Source of the DNA: a virus
Taxonomy: Duplodnaviria; Caudoviricetes
IMG/VR virus record: IMGVR_UViG_3300044691_000698
Location: 1-55,695 of that record
Direction: 5' to 3' (one strand)
Length of the DNA: 55,695 nt
This document shows positions 20,276 to 30,886 of the stretch, piece after piece; position 1 is the first letter of the stretch; each line of letters starts with the position of its first letter. The notes under the pieces were generated by a model. The model did no database searches. It was given only the letters and a program-made list of their open reading frames with translations, and was not told the DNA's origin. The translations under genes and the position numbers were made by a program.

Positions 20276-20824
20276 ATGGCTATCAATACTCAAATCGTTA
20301 TTACTGACAGCACAACGACTGTCGGAGATGTAACGTCTCGCTTTAGCAAAGCTGGTTCGGACAAGCAGCAAACAAATCTTATCGTTAATTACTTAATGTC
20401 GCTTCTGACTCGCGCGCGTAACGGAAAATACACCTTGCAGTTTCAAAACGGCAACGCAGCTTCTTCTACTGGCACCTTAACGCTTACAAGCGTAGTAGCG
20501 ACTAATACTTGTTCGATTAACGGAATTACTTTTACTGCTATTGCTTCTGGCGCAACGGGCAATCAATTCAACGTTGGTGGAACGGACACGATTACAGCAA
20601 CTAATTTAGCTGCTGTGATTAGCGCATCTGTAACCGCTGGCGTGACTGGTATCGTCGTCGCGACTTCAGCGCTAGGTGTTGTAACGGTTTCTGCAGCTTT
20701 AGCGGGCGCGCATGGAAACGGTTACACTATTACTGGTTCCACTAACATCGTAGCTAGCGGCGCACGTCTTACCGGCGGTGTGGTTGATACTGCAACGATT
20801 ACCACTGTTCATCACGGTTTATAA
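20276..20824 (+). CDS. Virion structural/decoration protein
   Basis: T/A/G-rich, after capsid. Confidence 0.6.
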   Translation: MAINTQIVITDSTTTVGDVTSRFSKAGSDKQQTNLIVNYLMSLLTRARNGKYTLQFQNGNAASSTGTLTLTSVVATNTCSINGITFTAIASGATGNQFNVGGTDTITATNLAAVISASVTAGVTGIVVATSALGVVTVSAALAGAHGNGYTITGSTNIVASGARLTGGVVDTATITTVHHGL

Positions 20825-20851
20825 AACTCCCCAAGCAGCGCTGCTTCAATG

Positions 20852-20891
20852 AAAGGTTCCGGTTAGTCTCCTTTTGCTATCCGGAACCTTT
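20852..20891 (+). terminator. Strong hairpin (terminator or processing site)
   Basis: AAAGGTTCCGG...CCGGAACCTTT. Confidence 0.55.
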
Positions 20892-20921
20892 CCCTCCCTC
20901 CTCCTTTTAGAAAGATAACAA

Positions 20922-22280
20922 ATGGTAAGTTTAGTCATAGCTGGAATTTCTTATCAGTATCCGCAGACTGGAGATCTGACTTGGGGCGATGGTGCATCTA
21001 CTTGGGCACAAGCAGTTACAGCCAGTATGTTGCAGACTTCTGGTGGATTATTTCAAATCACAGCTGACGTTGATTTTGGTTCAGCCAAAGGTCTAATTGC
21101 ACTTTATTTCAAATCGCGAACTGCAAATACTCCTTCTACCGGTTCTGTACGATTAGCAAAAACAGATTTTATTTCGTTTCGTAACAATGCGAATTCTGCC
21201 GATTTAGCGCTCGGGATTAATGGTTCGGACCAACTAACTTTTAATGGTGGAGCATTTCTAACTACAGCAGGATCGATATCTGCTTCTAAGATTTTAGTTT
21301 CAGATGGTTCTAGTAATATTATTTCTAGTTCTACCAACTCTTCGGTTTTAGCGTTTCTAGATCCTACTAGTTCAATCCAAACGCAAATCAATACAGCAAA
21401 TTCCAGCATTACGACAACAAACACTAACCTCACAACTACAAATACGAATCTTAGCACTCATACCGGAGCTTCGACAGGCGTTCACGGCGTTACCGGGTCG
21501 GTTGTCGGAACTACGGACACACAAACGCTTTCCGCAAAAACGCTAACGACTCCTCAAGTAAATGGACTAAAGTTAGCACTGTCGACAAAAACAGCGGCCT
21601 ATACGCTGTTAGTAACTGACGATGTAATTATAGGAAATTCCACTTCGTCGCCAATCAATTACACGCTGCCAACAACTACCGGGAAAGTCTTTACTGTAAA
21701 AAATATCAACACTGGCGTTATGATTGTACTTCCAGGTTCAGGTTTGATTGATGGTGCATCAAATTATCGTCTAGTGGCCCAATATGATTCAGCCACATTT
21801 ATATATGATGGTACAAATTATTCAGTTCTACATTCAAATATTACAGTAGCTGCACATGCTAATACTACTACATCACAGGCGATCGCAGTCGGTACTACTA
21901 ATATTAAGTTTGAAAATACTAATTACGACACAGCAAATATTCTATCTACAGGCGTCGTAACTACATTTACCGCCATAGCTGCCGGGAAATATGCCTTTTC
22001 AGCGACTCTAGTTACTAGTGCCCCCGCCAGCAATGGCGTCGCGCAGTTATGTGCTTTTAAGAATGTTTCAACCTTAGTATCGAATGGCACAAGTGTAAAC
22101 GTAGCTGCAGGATCAAATAACGCTTTAACTATTACCGACGCAGTTAATCTTGCGTTGGGAGACTCTATTCAATTCGGGATATATGCCACGGTTGGATTCA
22201 ACATCGGAATTGCAGCTGCTGGGGCACCCGGAACAGCAGGAACTCAAAATTACGCTTCTTTCGAACGTATTGGAAATTAA
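20922..22280 (+). CDS. Tail fibre/spike-like protein
   Basis: Coiled coil, HGVTG.VVGTTDTQTL.KTL motif, C1q-like C-terminus. Confidence 0.7.
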   Translation: MVSLVIAGISYQYPQTGDLTWGDGASTWAQAVTASMLQTSGGLFQITADVDFGSAKGLIALYFKSRTANTPSTGSVRLAKTDFISFRNNANSADLALGINGSDQLTFNGGAFLTTAGSISASKILVSDGSSNIISSSTNSSVLAFLDPTSSIQTQINTANSSITTTNTNLTTTNTNLSTHTGASTGVHGVTGSVVGTTDTQTLSAKTLTTPQVNGLKLALSTKTAAYTLLVTDDVIIGNSTSSPINYTLPTTTGKVFTVKNINTGVMIVLPGSGLIDGASNYRLVAQYDSATFIYDGTNYSVLHSNITVAAHANTTTSQAIAVGTTNIKFENTNYDTANILSTGVVTTFTAIAAGKYAFSATLVTSAPASNGVAQLCAFKNVSTLVSNGTSVNVAAGSNNALTITDAVNLALGDSIQFGIYATVGFNIGIAAAGAPGTAGTQNYASFERIGN

Positions 22281-22304
22281 TTAAAAAACTGGAGACTAAT
22301 AAAA

Positions 22305-22604
22305 ATGATGAACCCTAAGCATCAGGCCAAAATGGCTGTTCTTAAACATCTGTCCGGAATGATGGACGGAATGATGTCAAATAAATTGAAAAAACCGGCA
22401 ATCGCTGAAATTGAAGTGACTAAAATTCCTCACGCTCCTCACGCTGTTGATGGAGCTTCTCCGGAGGGTATTTTGCAAGACCATTCAATTGATCCTAATC
22501 TCGATCCTACACTTCATCAAGCAGAACAACACACCCAACATCCGGACAGCACCAGTGACGATGACTTAGCTAAATTGCACGAAATGTATTCTAAATTGAA
22601 GTAA
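22305..22604 (+). CDS. Small His/Asp-rich protein
   Basis: GGAG SD. Confidence 0.6.
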   Translation: MMNPKHQAKMAVLKHLSGMMDGMMSNKLKKPAIAEIEVTKIPHAPHAVDGASPEGILQDHSIDPNLDPTLHQAEQHTQHPDSTSDDDLAKLHEMYSKLK

Positions 22605-22650
22605 GTTTACAAATCTTCCTTAAATTTTCCCACCTTTGAAGGAATTTTCC

Positions 22651-23583
22651 TTGGCTAACTATACCTCTGATCAATTGATCACGCTTATCAAGACTAAGGG
22701 CTTGATCCCCACCAGCCAGCAAACGTTTCAACCAGCTGATTTTTTAAATCTACTGAATGATGAAGTTTCGATAGGAATCGTTCCTTTCGTTATGAAGATC
22801 CGCTCTGAACACTGGGTTTATACTTTGGACACTGCGATCGTTGCAGGGACTGCGGCTTATCCAATTCCGACTCGCGCTATCGGAGGCAAAGTTAGAGAAA
22901 TATCCATCGTTGATAATGCCGGGAATGTTTATGACGTTCCACAAATTCAGCAAGAAGAACTTCCTTTTTATAATTCTGGAATGAGTAGCGGTGGATATAA
23001 CTATCAATTTTATTTCCAAGCAAACAACATAATTATTGTTCCTACGCCGCAAACTACTGTTGGTTTGATGCGCGTAACATATTACAGAAGGCCAAATGCA
23101 TTAGTATCATCGCTGTCTGCTGCATTAGTTACAGCTGTAAATGTTTCTACAAACACCGTTACGGTTAGCTCAGTTCCCAGTACTTTCTCGACGTCAACGC
23201 CGTTGGATATGATTAACGGAAATCCGGGCTTTGAATGGCGAGCAATTGATTTAACTCCGACTACTATAGTTGGAACCGCACTTACTTTCTCAACATTACC
23301 GACGAATTTAGCTGTAGGGGATTATCTTGCACTTAGCGGACAATCTCCAGTTCCACAAATGCCGGTTGAACTTATTCCAATGCTAACGCAGCGAACTGTC
23401 GTAAAAGTGCTCGAAGCATTAGGCGATAAGCAAGGCGTCGATATAGCGCAAGCCAAACTCATTGAAATAAACGCTGCCTGCGAGCATATCCTTAGCCCTC
23501 GTTCAGACGGAAATCCGAAAAAACTCATTAACCATTATTCCCCGCTCAAAATCATATCCTCCAGAGGTTTCATAAGAAGCTAA
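22651..23583 (+). CDS. Tail adaptor (head-tail connector)
   Basis: Podoviral order adaptor-nozzle-ejection; TTG start with SD. Confidence 0.65.
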   Translation: MANYTSDQLITLIKTKGLIPTSQQTFQPADFLNLLNDEVSIGIVPFVMKIRSEHWVYTLDTAIVAGTAAYPIPTRAIGGKVREISIVDNAGNVYDVPQIQQEELPFYNSGMSSGGYNYQFYFQANNIIIVPTPQTTVGLMRVTYYRRPNALVSSLSAALVTAVNVSTNTVTVSSVPSTFSTSTPLDMINGNPGFEWRAIDLTPTTIVGTALTFSTLPTNLAVGDYLALSGQSPVPQMPVELIPMLTQRTVVKVLEALGDKQGVDIAQAKLIEINAACEHILSPRSDGNPKKLINHYSPLKIISSRGFIRS

Positions 23584-26481
23584 ATGGATAGGCCACAAAT
23601 AAAATTAGCTGGTTTGTATACCTACCCGAATAATCTTTCGGAAGTTCCCACCGGATCCCTACAGCAAGCTGACAATATCGTACTTGATGCTGATGGAGAG
23701 ATACAGTCGCGTCGAGGATTTGATGTTCTTGTTGAGACGGTCGGCATGAATACCAGCATTGCAAACAAACTTTTTAAATTTCAAGGCTTCCTGATCGCTC
23801 AGTATGATGCGGATAAATTAGCATACAGGTCGCCCGGCGTTGGTTGGATTAACTACACCGGCAGTTTTGCTCCAGTCGACGCAGCCGCTGTAAAAACCAG
23901 AGCTGTTGAATCCAACTCGAATTTCTATTTCACTTCTTCTACCGGCATTAGAAAACTTGACGCATACAACGGAGCTGTCACCAATGCGGGTGGCATCAAG
24001 GCGCTTGATATTCAATCGGCGCTTGCCGGAGCTGGAAGCGGCTTCTTAACAAACAACGTCGCGATTAGCACAACTGGAACGACCGCAGTTGGAAGCACAA
24101 CAATTACCGCGATTCCTTCTACGACTGGAATTGCTATCGGTAATTACGTCTCTGGCTCGGGAATCCAAGCCGGATCAACAGTCACCGCGATTACCTCTAC
24201 AACGGTAGTTTTGTCCCAGACTGCTACAATCGCAGCAACTGGCGTGGTGCTGAACTTCTACACCGGATCCGCTGTTGCCTACCGCGTGGTGTTCGGCATA
24301 CGTGACGCAAATAATAATCTGATTCTCGGCTCTCCGTCTCAGCGCTTTGTAATTGCGAATACCGGCAGCACTTCAGATAACACCACGGTTACGATCACCG
24401 TTCCGCAAGGCGTCACTACTAACCATTTGTTTCAGATTTCCCGATCGGGCATGACTGTAGCGGCCAATATCGAGCCTAATGATGAACTGCAATTAGTTTA
24501 TGAAGGCAATCCTTCTGCTGGTCAGATTGCTGCGCTTTCGATAACCGTAACGGACATTACGCCTGATAGCTTGCGCGGCGCGACGATCTACACGGCATCC
24601 TCGCAAGAAGGAATTCTGCAAGCAAACGAACCGCCTCCGCTAGCTGTTGATATTGCGCAATATAAAGATTACGTATTTTACGCAAATACGACGTCAAAAT
24701 ACCAATTAAATTTAACGCTCCTCGCGGCTGGCGGGACTTCCGGCGTTGGGATCGGCGATACCATAACTATTAACAGCGTTGCAGCGACTACTGTCTCTAC
24801 TGATGGAACTAATGTTTTAAAATCTGTGGCCTCTGTGAGTGGGATTGCCATAGGACAAGTTGCTGTTGGTGCGGGCATTCCAAACGGAACCACTGTTACA
24901 GCAGTTGGAACGACAACGGTTTCGCTAAGCGCTGCGACAACAATTACCGCATCTTTGGTTCCTGTTAGTTTTAATTTGATTCTTACAGCAGCTGCCGTGG
25001 AAAACATAGCAACGAGTAGTTTTGCTGTTGTTACTACGGGAACGCCAGCGCAAAATATTACTAGCACTGCTAACAGTCTTGTCAGAGTTATAAATCGCTC
25101 AAGTTCAAACGGATCGGTATATGCCTACTATCTTTCCGGAGTGACAGATCTTCCCGGAAAAATATTACTTCAAAGTCGCCTTTTGGGTGCCGCAGCTTTT
25201 TATCTAAATGCTAGCGCCCACAGTACTGGATACAGTCCGTTTTTGTTACCAAATGGAACAAGCGTTTTAGCAACTCAAAGCATTCAAAAAAACGCCCTTT
25301 ACTGCTCCAAACAACAACAGCCTGAATCAGTGCCATTAACAAATGTGTTTTTTGTAGGTTCTGCTGCATATCCTATCAAGCGAATCATACCTCTGCGCGA
25401 TAGTCTTTTTATCTTAAAAGACGACGGTATTTTTCAGTTAGTAGGCCAAACGTTAGCTTACTTTTATATCAATCTATTTGATTCTACTTCGAAATTACTA
25501 GCTCCTGATTCGGCTGTTGACCTAAATAACACTATTTATTGCCTTTCTAACCAAGGCGTTATCAGTATCTCTGATACAGGAATTAGTGTCGTAAGTAGGC
25601 CAATTGAAGGCGATTTGCTGTCTATATTCGGGGCCAATCTGACGAATGTTCAGAATATGACTTTTGGCGTCTCCTATCAGAGTGACCGCAAATATCTTCT
25701 AGGCATTATATCCGCTGCCGGTGACCTCAGTCCTACTCAGGTTTATGTTTATAATTTATTCACAAACGCATGGACTCGCTGGCCGCTAAGCAAAACGTGC
25801 GGAATAGTAAATTCGTCGGACGATAAGCTTTATTTCGGTAGTGCAACTTCTAATAACATCAATGTCGAACGCAAAAACTTCGATTACTCGGATTATATCG
25901 ACGCTGGGACGGCAAACAGCATTATAGCGTTTAATGGAACTTCAGTAACGCTAGGCACAACGACAGGAATTACCGTCGGAGATTTGCTGTATCAGAGTTA
26001 CACGCAAAAGTCTGTAATTACGGCTATCAATATCGCAACGTCTGTAGTGACGGTTCAAAACACTATAAATTGGACACTCACCGGCGCCACAATTAACAGC
26101 GCGATTAACTGCGTTTTATCCTTCCAGCCACAGACTTCAGGACAGCCGTTTATGGCTAAACAATATTCAGAGCTGGAAATGTTTTTCAAGCGCGCAACGT
26201 TTTATCAAGCCTCTGTAGCTTTTACGTCGGATCTCTCTCAGAGCACTGACATAGTTCCGCTAGCGGGCAACGGTATCGGAGCATGGGGATTATTTCCATT
26301 CGGAACAGTGCCTTTCGGCGGAATCGTTTCGCAATTGCCTATTCGAACTTATGTACCGCTAGAAAAACAGCGTTGTTCGCAGCTGAATCTCAAATTCATT
26401 CATCGCGTTGCTTATGGAAACTTTATTTTAAACGGCTTTAATCTAAAAGATCGCAGCATCTCCGAAAGAGTGTCGGATTAA
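23584..26481 (+). CDS. Tail nozzle/stabilisation protein with inserted beta modules
   Basis: N...G.IQSRRG start, propeller-like segments, YNLFTNAWTRW. Confidence 0.7.
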   Translation: MDRPQIKLAGLYTYPNNLSEVPTGSLQQADNIVLDADGEIQSRRGFDVLVETVGMNTSIANKLFKFQGFLIAQYDADKLAYRSPGVGWINYTGSFAPVDAAAVKTRAVESNSNFYFTSSTGIRKLDAYNGAVTNAGGIKALDIQSALAGAGSGFLTNNVAISTTGTTAVGSTTITAIPSTTGIAIGNYVSGSGIQAGSTVTAITSTTVVLSQTATIAATGVVLNFYTGSAVAYRVVFGIRDANNNLILGSPSQRFVIANTGSTSDNTTVTITVPQGVTTNHLFQISRSGMTVAANIEPNDELQLVYEGNPSAGQIAALSITVTDITPDSLRGATIYTASSQEGILQANEPPPLAVDIAQYKDYVFYANTTSKYQLNLTLLAAGGTSGVGIGDTITINSVAATTVSTDGTNVLKSVASVSGIAIGQVAVGAGIPNGTTVTAVGTTTVSLSAATTITASLVPVSFNLILTAAAVENIATSSFAVVTTGTPAQNITSTANSLVRVINRSSSNGSVYAYYLSGVTDLPGKILLQSRLLGAAAFYLNASAHSTGYSPFLLPNGTSVLATQSIQKNALYCSKQQQPESVPLTNVFFVGSAAYPIKRIIPLRDSLFILKDDGIFQLVGQTLAYFYINLFDSTSKLLAPDSAVDLNNTIYCLSNQGVISISDTGISVVSRPIEGDLLSIFGANLTNVQNMTFGVSYQSDRKYLLGIISAAGDLSPTQVYVYNLFTNAWTRWPLSKTCGIVNSSDDKLYFGSATSNNINVERKNFDYSDYIDAGTANSIIAFNGTSVTLGTTTGITVGDLLYQSYTQKSVITAINIATSVVTVQNTINWTLTGATINSAINCVLSFQPQTSGQPFMAKQYSELEMFFKRATFYQASVAFTSDLSQSTDIVPLAGNGIGAWGLFPFGTVPFGGIVSQLPIRTYVPLEKQRCSQLNLKFIHRVAYGNFILNGFNLKDRSISERVSD

Positions 26482-26897
26482 TGTTTTTACCTCCGTTTAA
26501 AAGATTGTCGGTGGAAGATTTCAAAGATCAAACGAAATGGATTGCGAAATTACTATTTCCGATTAATCAAGTATTTCTATCTCTTGCTAATGGATTACAG
26601 CACGGAATTACTTTTAAAGACAACATCGCCTGTCAGATTCAAATAGTTTCCTTCAACAACAATTCAACCGAACTGAGTCCGACACACCCAATAAAATTTT
26701 TACTAACTTCGTTGAATACTGCGCCGGTCGGATTGTGGTTAGTAAGCGCTGTTGATTCGAGCGCTGTTCCGCAAGCACTGACAACAGCACCATTTGCAAC
26801 ATGGAACTACAATAGCCAGTCGAGACAAATCTATATAACTGCGGTTTCCGGCTTAGTCGCAGGTCAAGCTTACCGATTAACTTTCATAATTATTTAA
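26481..26897 (+). CDS. Tail-associated protein
   Basis: Coupled to nozzle gene. Confidence 0.55.
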   Translation: MFLPPFKRLSVEDFKDQTKWIAKLLFPINQVFLSLANGLQHGITFKDNIACQIQIVSFNNNSTELSPTHPIKFLLTSLNTAPVGLWLVSAVDSSAVPQALTTAPFATWNYNSQSRQIYITAVSGLVAGQAYRLTFIII

Positions 26898-26910
26898 GAG
26901 TTTAACTAAA

Positions 26911-28392
26911 ATGCCTTTTGCTTTTCAAACTGATGAAGAAAACCAGCTTACTGATCCCAGTCAGCAATCCACGCAAACATCGTCGGATCCTAGCCAACCG
27001 CAAACGCTTTCTGGAGGCACTGGCGGTCAAGTAGGCGCTACTGCTGGAGGTGCTGCTGCGCCCGGTAAAACGCCATCGTCCAGTAATTCGTTCACAAATC
27101 TTCAAAGCTATCTAAACGCCAATTCTGATGGTTCTCTTGGTTCAAATTTGTCAGGAAAGCTTCAAGGCAATATCGATGATGCAACTAAGCAAGAAGGCAA
27201 TACATCTAATCAATTCAAAGACCAAGTCGATCAGAACACTACTAAATATAATCCTGATTTGGTTAATAGCGCCATTAGTGATCCTAGCAATTTTGTATCC
27301 GATCCCTCTAAAATAAATGCTTTTGCTACTCAGAGAGATGCTGCCTATAAGGGACCGTCCTCGCTGACGGATACCTCAGATTTGTATAACAATGCGTACG
27401 GTTCAGTTCAGAATGCGTCTCAGAATGCCCAGAACGCTCAAACTGATGGCGGAAAACAAGCTCTTTTACAGCAATATTACGGCCGTCCTGATTATGGTTC
27501 GGGTCAACAGTCGCTGGACATGTCTCTCCTTAATAGTAATCCAAGCACTACAAGTAAGTTTTCAAATATCGCAGACCAAGCAACGCAATTAAAAAGCGGT
27601 TGGAACGACTATATGAATGGTCTCGGTAAATACGCCACTCAAGGCGCTACTGATACCAAAACAGCGCATGACAATACGCGATCAGCTCTAGGAATCGATG
27701 ATTCTGGAAAGATATTGGACGCAACTCCGACGTCCACCGGCGCTATTCAAGGGTTAGAGAATAACGTCAATTCTGCTGTTACCGCAGGGAATACTGCGGC
27801 TGCTTCAAATTATGCGGCTGCCAAGAATGATTTAACAACTGGTCATTTAACTCAAGATGATATTAAGAATTTAAAACTACAAAGCTTACTAGGCCAATCT
27901 ACTTATAATACTGATCCCACTCAATCGCAGTATCTTCAGCAAGCCGGAACAGCAACAGCCAATAATGTTGCAACTTCTGATCAATACGCGCGCATGAACG
28001 CTCTAGCGCAGTTAGCAAATACGCAAAATACCTTCCTGACTGGTAATCCTTCCCAAGCTGGTTCGTATAATCCAAACGCTGTTTTTAATACCGGCGCTTA
28101 TCAGAATTCCTTGAATCAAGCGCAACAAGCCTATCAGAATTCTCTGAACAGTAGCACCGTAGGTCAGTTAGGCGCACAAACTAATCTCGACCTTGGCAAT
28201 TATAGTAATCCTGCGAATAACGCTATGACGGCAAACCAGCTGTCGGCGTGGAACGCTAATTCGATCGCACACCCAATATTAAACGGTTTGTATGACGATG
28301 CCGCTAACTCCAGAAAATCTCAGACCGCGCTCCAAAACATTCTAGATGCATATGCCACTAAGCAAGGCGCCAACACAAAGTTCGGCGGCTAA
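26911..28392 (+). CDS. Internal virion/ejection protein
   Basis: Q/N/A/S-rich; position. Confidence 0.65.
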   Translation: MPFAFQTDEENQLTDPSQQSTQTSSDPSQPQTLSGGTGGQVGATAGGAAAPGKTPSSSNSFTNLQSYLNANSDGSLGSNLSGKLQGNIDDATKQEGNTSNQFKDQVDQNTTKYNPDLVNSAISDPSNFVSDPSKINAFATQRDAAYKGPSSLTDTSDLYNNAYGSVQNASQNAQNAQTDGGKQALLQQYYGRPDYGSGQQSLDMSLLNSNPSTTSKFSNIADQATQLKSGWNDYMNGLGKYATQGATDTKTAHDNTRSALGIDDSGKILDATPTSTGAIQGLENNVNSAVTAGNTAAASNYAAAKNDLTTGHLTQDDIKNLKLQSLLGQSTYNTDPTQSQYLQQAGTATANNVATSDQYARMNALAQLANTQNTFLTGNPSQAGSYNPNAVFNTGAYQNSLNQAQQAYQNSLNSSTVGQLGAQTNLDLGNYSNPANNAMTANQLSAWNANSIAHPILNGLYDDAANSRKSQTALQNILDAYATKQGANTKFGG

Positions 28393-28425
28393 ATTCCTTT
28401 CCCAATTTAACGGAGATAAAACAAA

Positions 28426-29484
28426 ATGTTCGGCTACGATGATGCAATCGGTGCAGGTATATCCGCAATCGGCGGAATTGAATCTGCACAACAAAATGAT
28501 TTCGCTACAAAAGCGCGCCAAGCAGCTCTTGCTAATTTACAAAACATTGGAACTCCGCAACTCAATGTTCAATTTAATCCCTATACTAGCGCGGGAAAAA
28601 TTGACCCATCTTTAGAGAGCGCAGTCAATCAAGGCAATTCCCAAATGGCAGGAATATCAACATCGCCTTCCCAAGCTGGTCTTGATGCTATTTCTAATTT
28701 ACAAAACGTTTCGCGCAATGGCGGATTGACGATTGCCGATAAAGCAAATCTTAACAATATCCAGAATCAATCTAATGCTCAAATGTCTGGCGCACGCGGT
28801 GCCATTCAACAGAACATGAATGCTCGTGGTTTGGGCGGATCCGGTCTAGAGTTAGCTGCACAATTATCCAACGCACAAAATGCTGTTAATAATGCCAATA
28901 CGCAAGGCACGGCTGTCGCTGGACAAGCTCAACAAAATGCTCTTAACGCTGTTAGTAATGCCGGAACCCTCGGGCAAAACATGCAAGGGCAGCAATACCA
29001 GCAACAAGCGGCTAAGGCACAAGCGCAAGATGTTATTAATAAATTCAATACTCAAAATAATCAGAATGTCGCTAATACAAATGTAGCTAATAAAAATACT
29101 GCACAATATGCAAATCTGAACAATGCTCAGAATATTTCTAACCAAAATACCGGTTTACAGAATCAACAATCCCTTCAGAACAATGCTTACCAACAACAAG
29201 CTTTCCAAGACACGCTTTCGAAACAGCAAGCAGCTGCTGGGCAATCCAACACGGTCGCTGGACAAGCTACTGCTAACGGGCAGGCAGCTGGTAAATTTTG
29301 GGGTGGAATAGGTCAAGGCGTTATTCAAGCTGGGGCCTCAAATAATAGTTCGGCTACTCCGTCGCAAGATAAATGGAATTCATTTTTAAATTCCCAACAG
29401 CAAACCAATACTAATACCCCTGTTGAAGAAAAAGATCCTATTGGCGGTGCTGTTGGTGCTTATGCCGGATCTAATGGTTACTAA
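28426..29484 (+). CDS. DNA pilot/ejection protein
   Basis: Gly-Ala N-terminus, ARGLGGSG, Q/N-rich. Confidence 0.7.
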   Translation: MFGYDDAIGAGISAIGGIESAQQNDFATKARQAALANLQNIGTPQLNVQFNPYTSAGKIDPSLESAVNQGNSQMAGISTSPSQAGLDAISNLQNVSRNGGLTIADKANLNNIQNQSNAQMSGARGAIQQNMNARGLGGSGLELAAQLSNAQNAVNNANTQGTAVAGQAQQNALNAVSNAGTLGQNMQGQQYQQQAAKAQAQDVINKFNTQNNQNVANTNVANKNTAQYANLNNAQNISNQNTGLQNQQSLQNNAYQQQAFQDTLSKQQAAAGQSNTVAGQATANGQAAGKFWGGIGQGVIQAGASNNSSATPSQDKWNSFLNSQQQTNTNTPVEEKDPIGGAVGAYAGSNGY

Positions 29485-29494
29485 AGAGAATTAA

Positions 29495-30886
29495 ATGCCT
29501 AATCTTGAAGAATTGATGCAGCTCCTACAACAACAACAGGAATCGGGACCCTTTGTAGACCAAACGCCTACAAATAATCCGATGCCTATTCAGACTAGCG
29601 ATTCTCCGAACGCTCCAGTGCCAAATTACTTAACTGGCATTAATGCTCCAGCTCCTGCTTCCCCTCCTGTTGCTCCAGCTGTTGTTCCTTCAGCACCGAT
29701 CCCAAGACAGCCAAAATCAACTCCTGCTGCTATGAACGCTAACTCTGAAAGCGATGCGTCTTCTGTTGCGGAAAAGCCTGATTTAAAAAAATATTTAATG
29801 GAAAAATACGGTTTTGGTCCTGGCAGCGATATGGATGCGCTGACTAAAGCTCAGATGGATAAAAGTAAGGGTGAGAATGATGCGTTATCTCAACACGGAT
29901 ACGCAACTATTGCAGGCGCTCTTTCTGGCAATGCGGATGTAAAACCTGACGAAAATTTCTATAAAACTCTCCATAATGATGCAGGCAAGGGCGTTGAAGA
30001 TGTTCTCCAGCGACGTGCAGCCACTACTGAGAATTTAAAGAATGCTTCGCAAGTTGATGCGCTTTCTAAAGAACAGCAAGAGAACGATCCCAATAGTGAT
30101 TACTCTAAGTCTGTACAGAAATCTTTCTTGGCTGTTGCTAAAGCCGCGGGAATGGACCCAGCTGTTATCGAAAACATGTCAGGCTCTCAATTAATGGCGG
30201 GGATTGCCGATCCAGCCAAAATGATGCTCGGGTATAAGGAAGCGCAAATGAAAGCGCAAGAAGCGCGTGATATGAAAGAAATGATGCTTAGTAATAAGCA
30301 GGATACTACGCAGAATCAGGCAATGACTGAAGCGGCTAAGGCAATGGAAGGCTTAAAAGCACGCGGTTCTGTAAAGAATGCTTTTGAAGCCAATCGCAGA
30401 GCAATGAACTTAATTAGTCTTGTTAATCAAGTTAAGAATAAAAATGATATGACCCCAGGTCAAGTCAGCACCTTTAAGGAAGAAATGTCTGGCATGATCA
30501 ACGGTGGAGCGCCAACTGTCCAAGGCGCAACCCATGTAATCAGTCCAGCAGCTTCTGCGAAATTCGCAGATATGATGAACTACCTAGACAGTGGAGTAAG
30601 GGGCGCAGGCATGGGTAAACAGATTGAGTCCTATCTTCCATATTTTAAAGACGTTATTAATAATTCGAACAAAGTAATCAAGAACAGCCAAGATCAAATT
30701 CTTTCAGGCTACAGCCGTAAAGCGCGACCGGAAGATTTAGAATCCCTACGCACCCAATTTAATAAAGATTTACCCGATCCGGAAATGCTGTTCAATCAGG
30801 GAGGTTCACAAAAATCTCAACCTGCTACTGTAATCCAAAACGGTCACACGTACACTCTTAACCCACAGACCGGAAAATACGAATAA
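29495..30886 (+). CDS. Ejection protein
   Basis: Helical; position. Confidence 0.6.
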   Translation: MPNLEELMQLLQQQQESGPFVDQTPTNNPMPIQTSDSPNAPVPNYLTGINAPAPASPPVAPAVVPSAPIPRQPKSTPAAMNANSESDASSVAEKPDLKKYLMEKYGFGPGSDMDALTKAQMDKSKGENDALSQHGYATIAGALSGNADVKPDENFYKTLHNDAGKGVEDVLQRRAATTENLKNASQVDALSKEQQENDPNSDYSKSVQKSFLAVAKAAGMDPAVIENMSGSQLMAGIADPAKMMLGYKEAQMKAQEARDMKEMMLSNKQDTTQNQAMTEAAKAMEGLKARGSVKNAFEANRRAMNLISLVNQVKNKNDMTPGQVSTFKEEMSGMINGGAPTVQGATHVISPAASAKFADMMNYLDSGVRGAGMGKQIESYLPYFKDVINNSNKVIKNSQDQILSGYSRKARPEDLESLRTQFNKDLPDPEMLFNQGGSQKSQPATVIQNGHTYTLNPQTGKYE

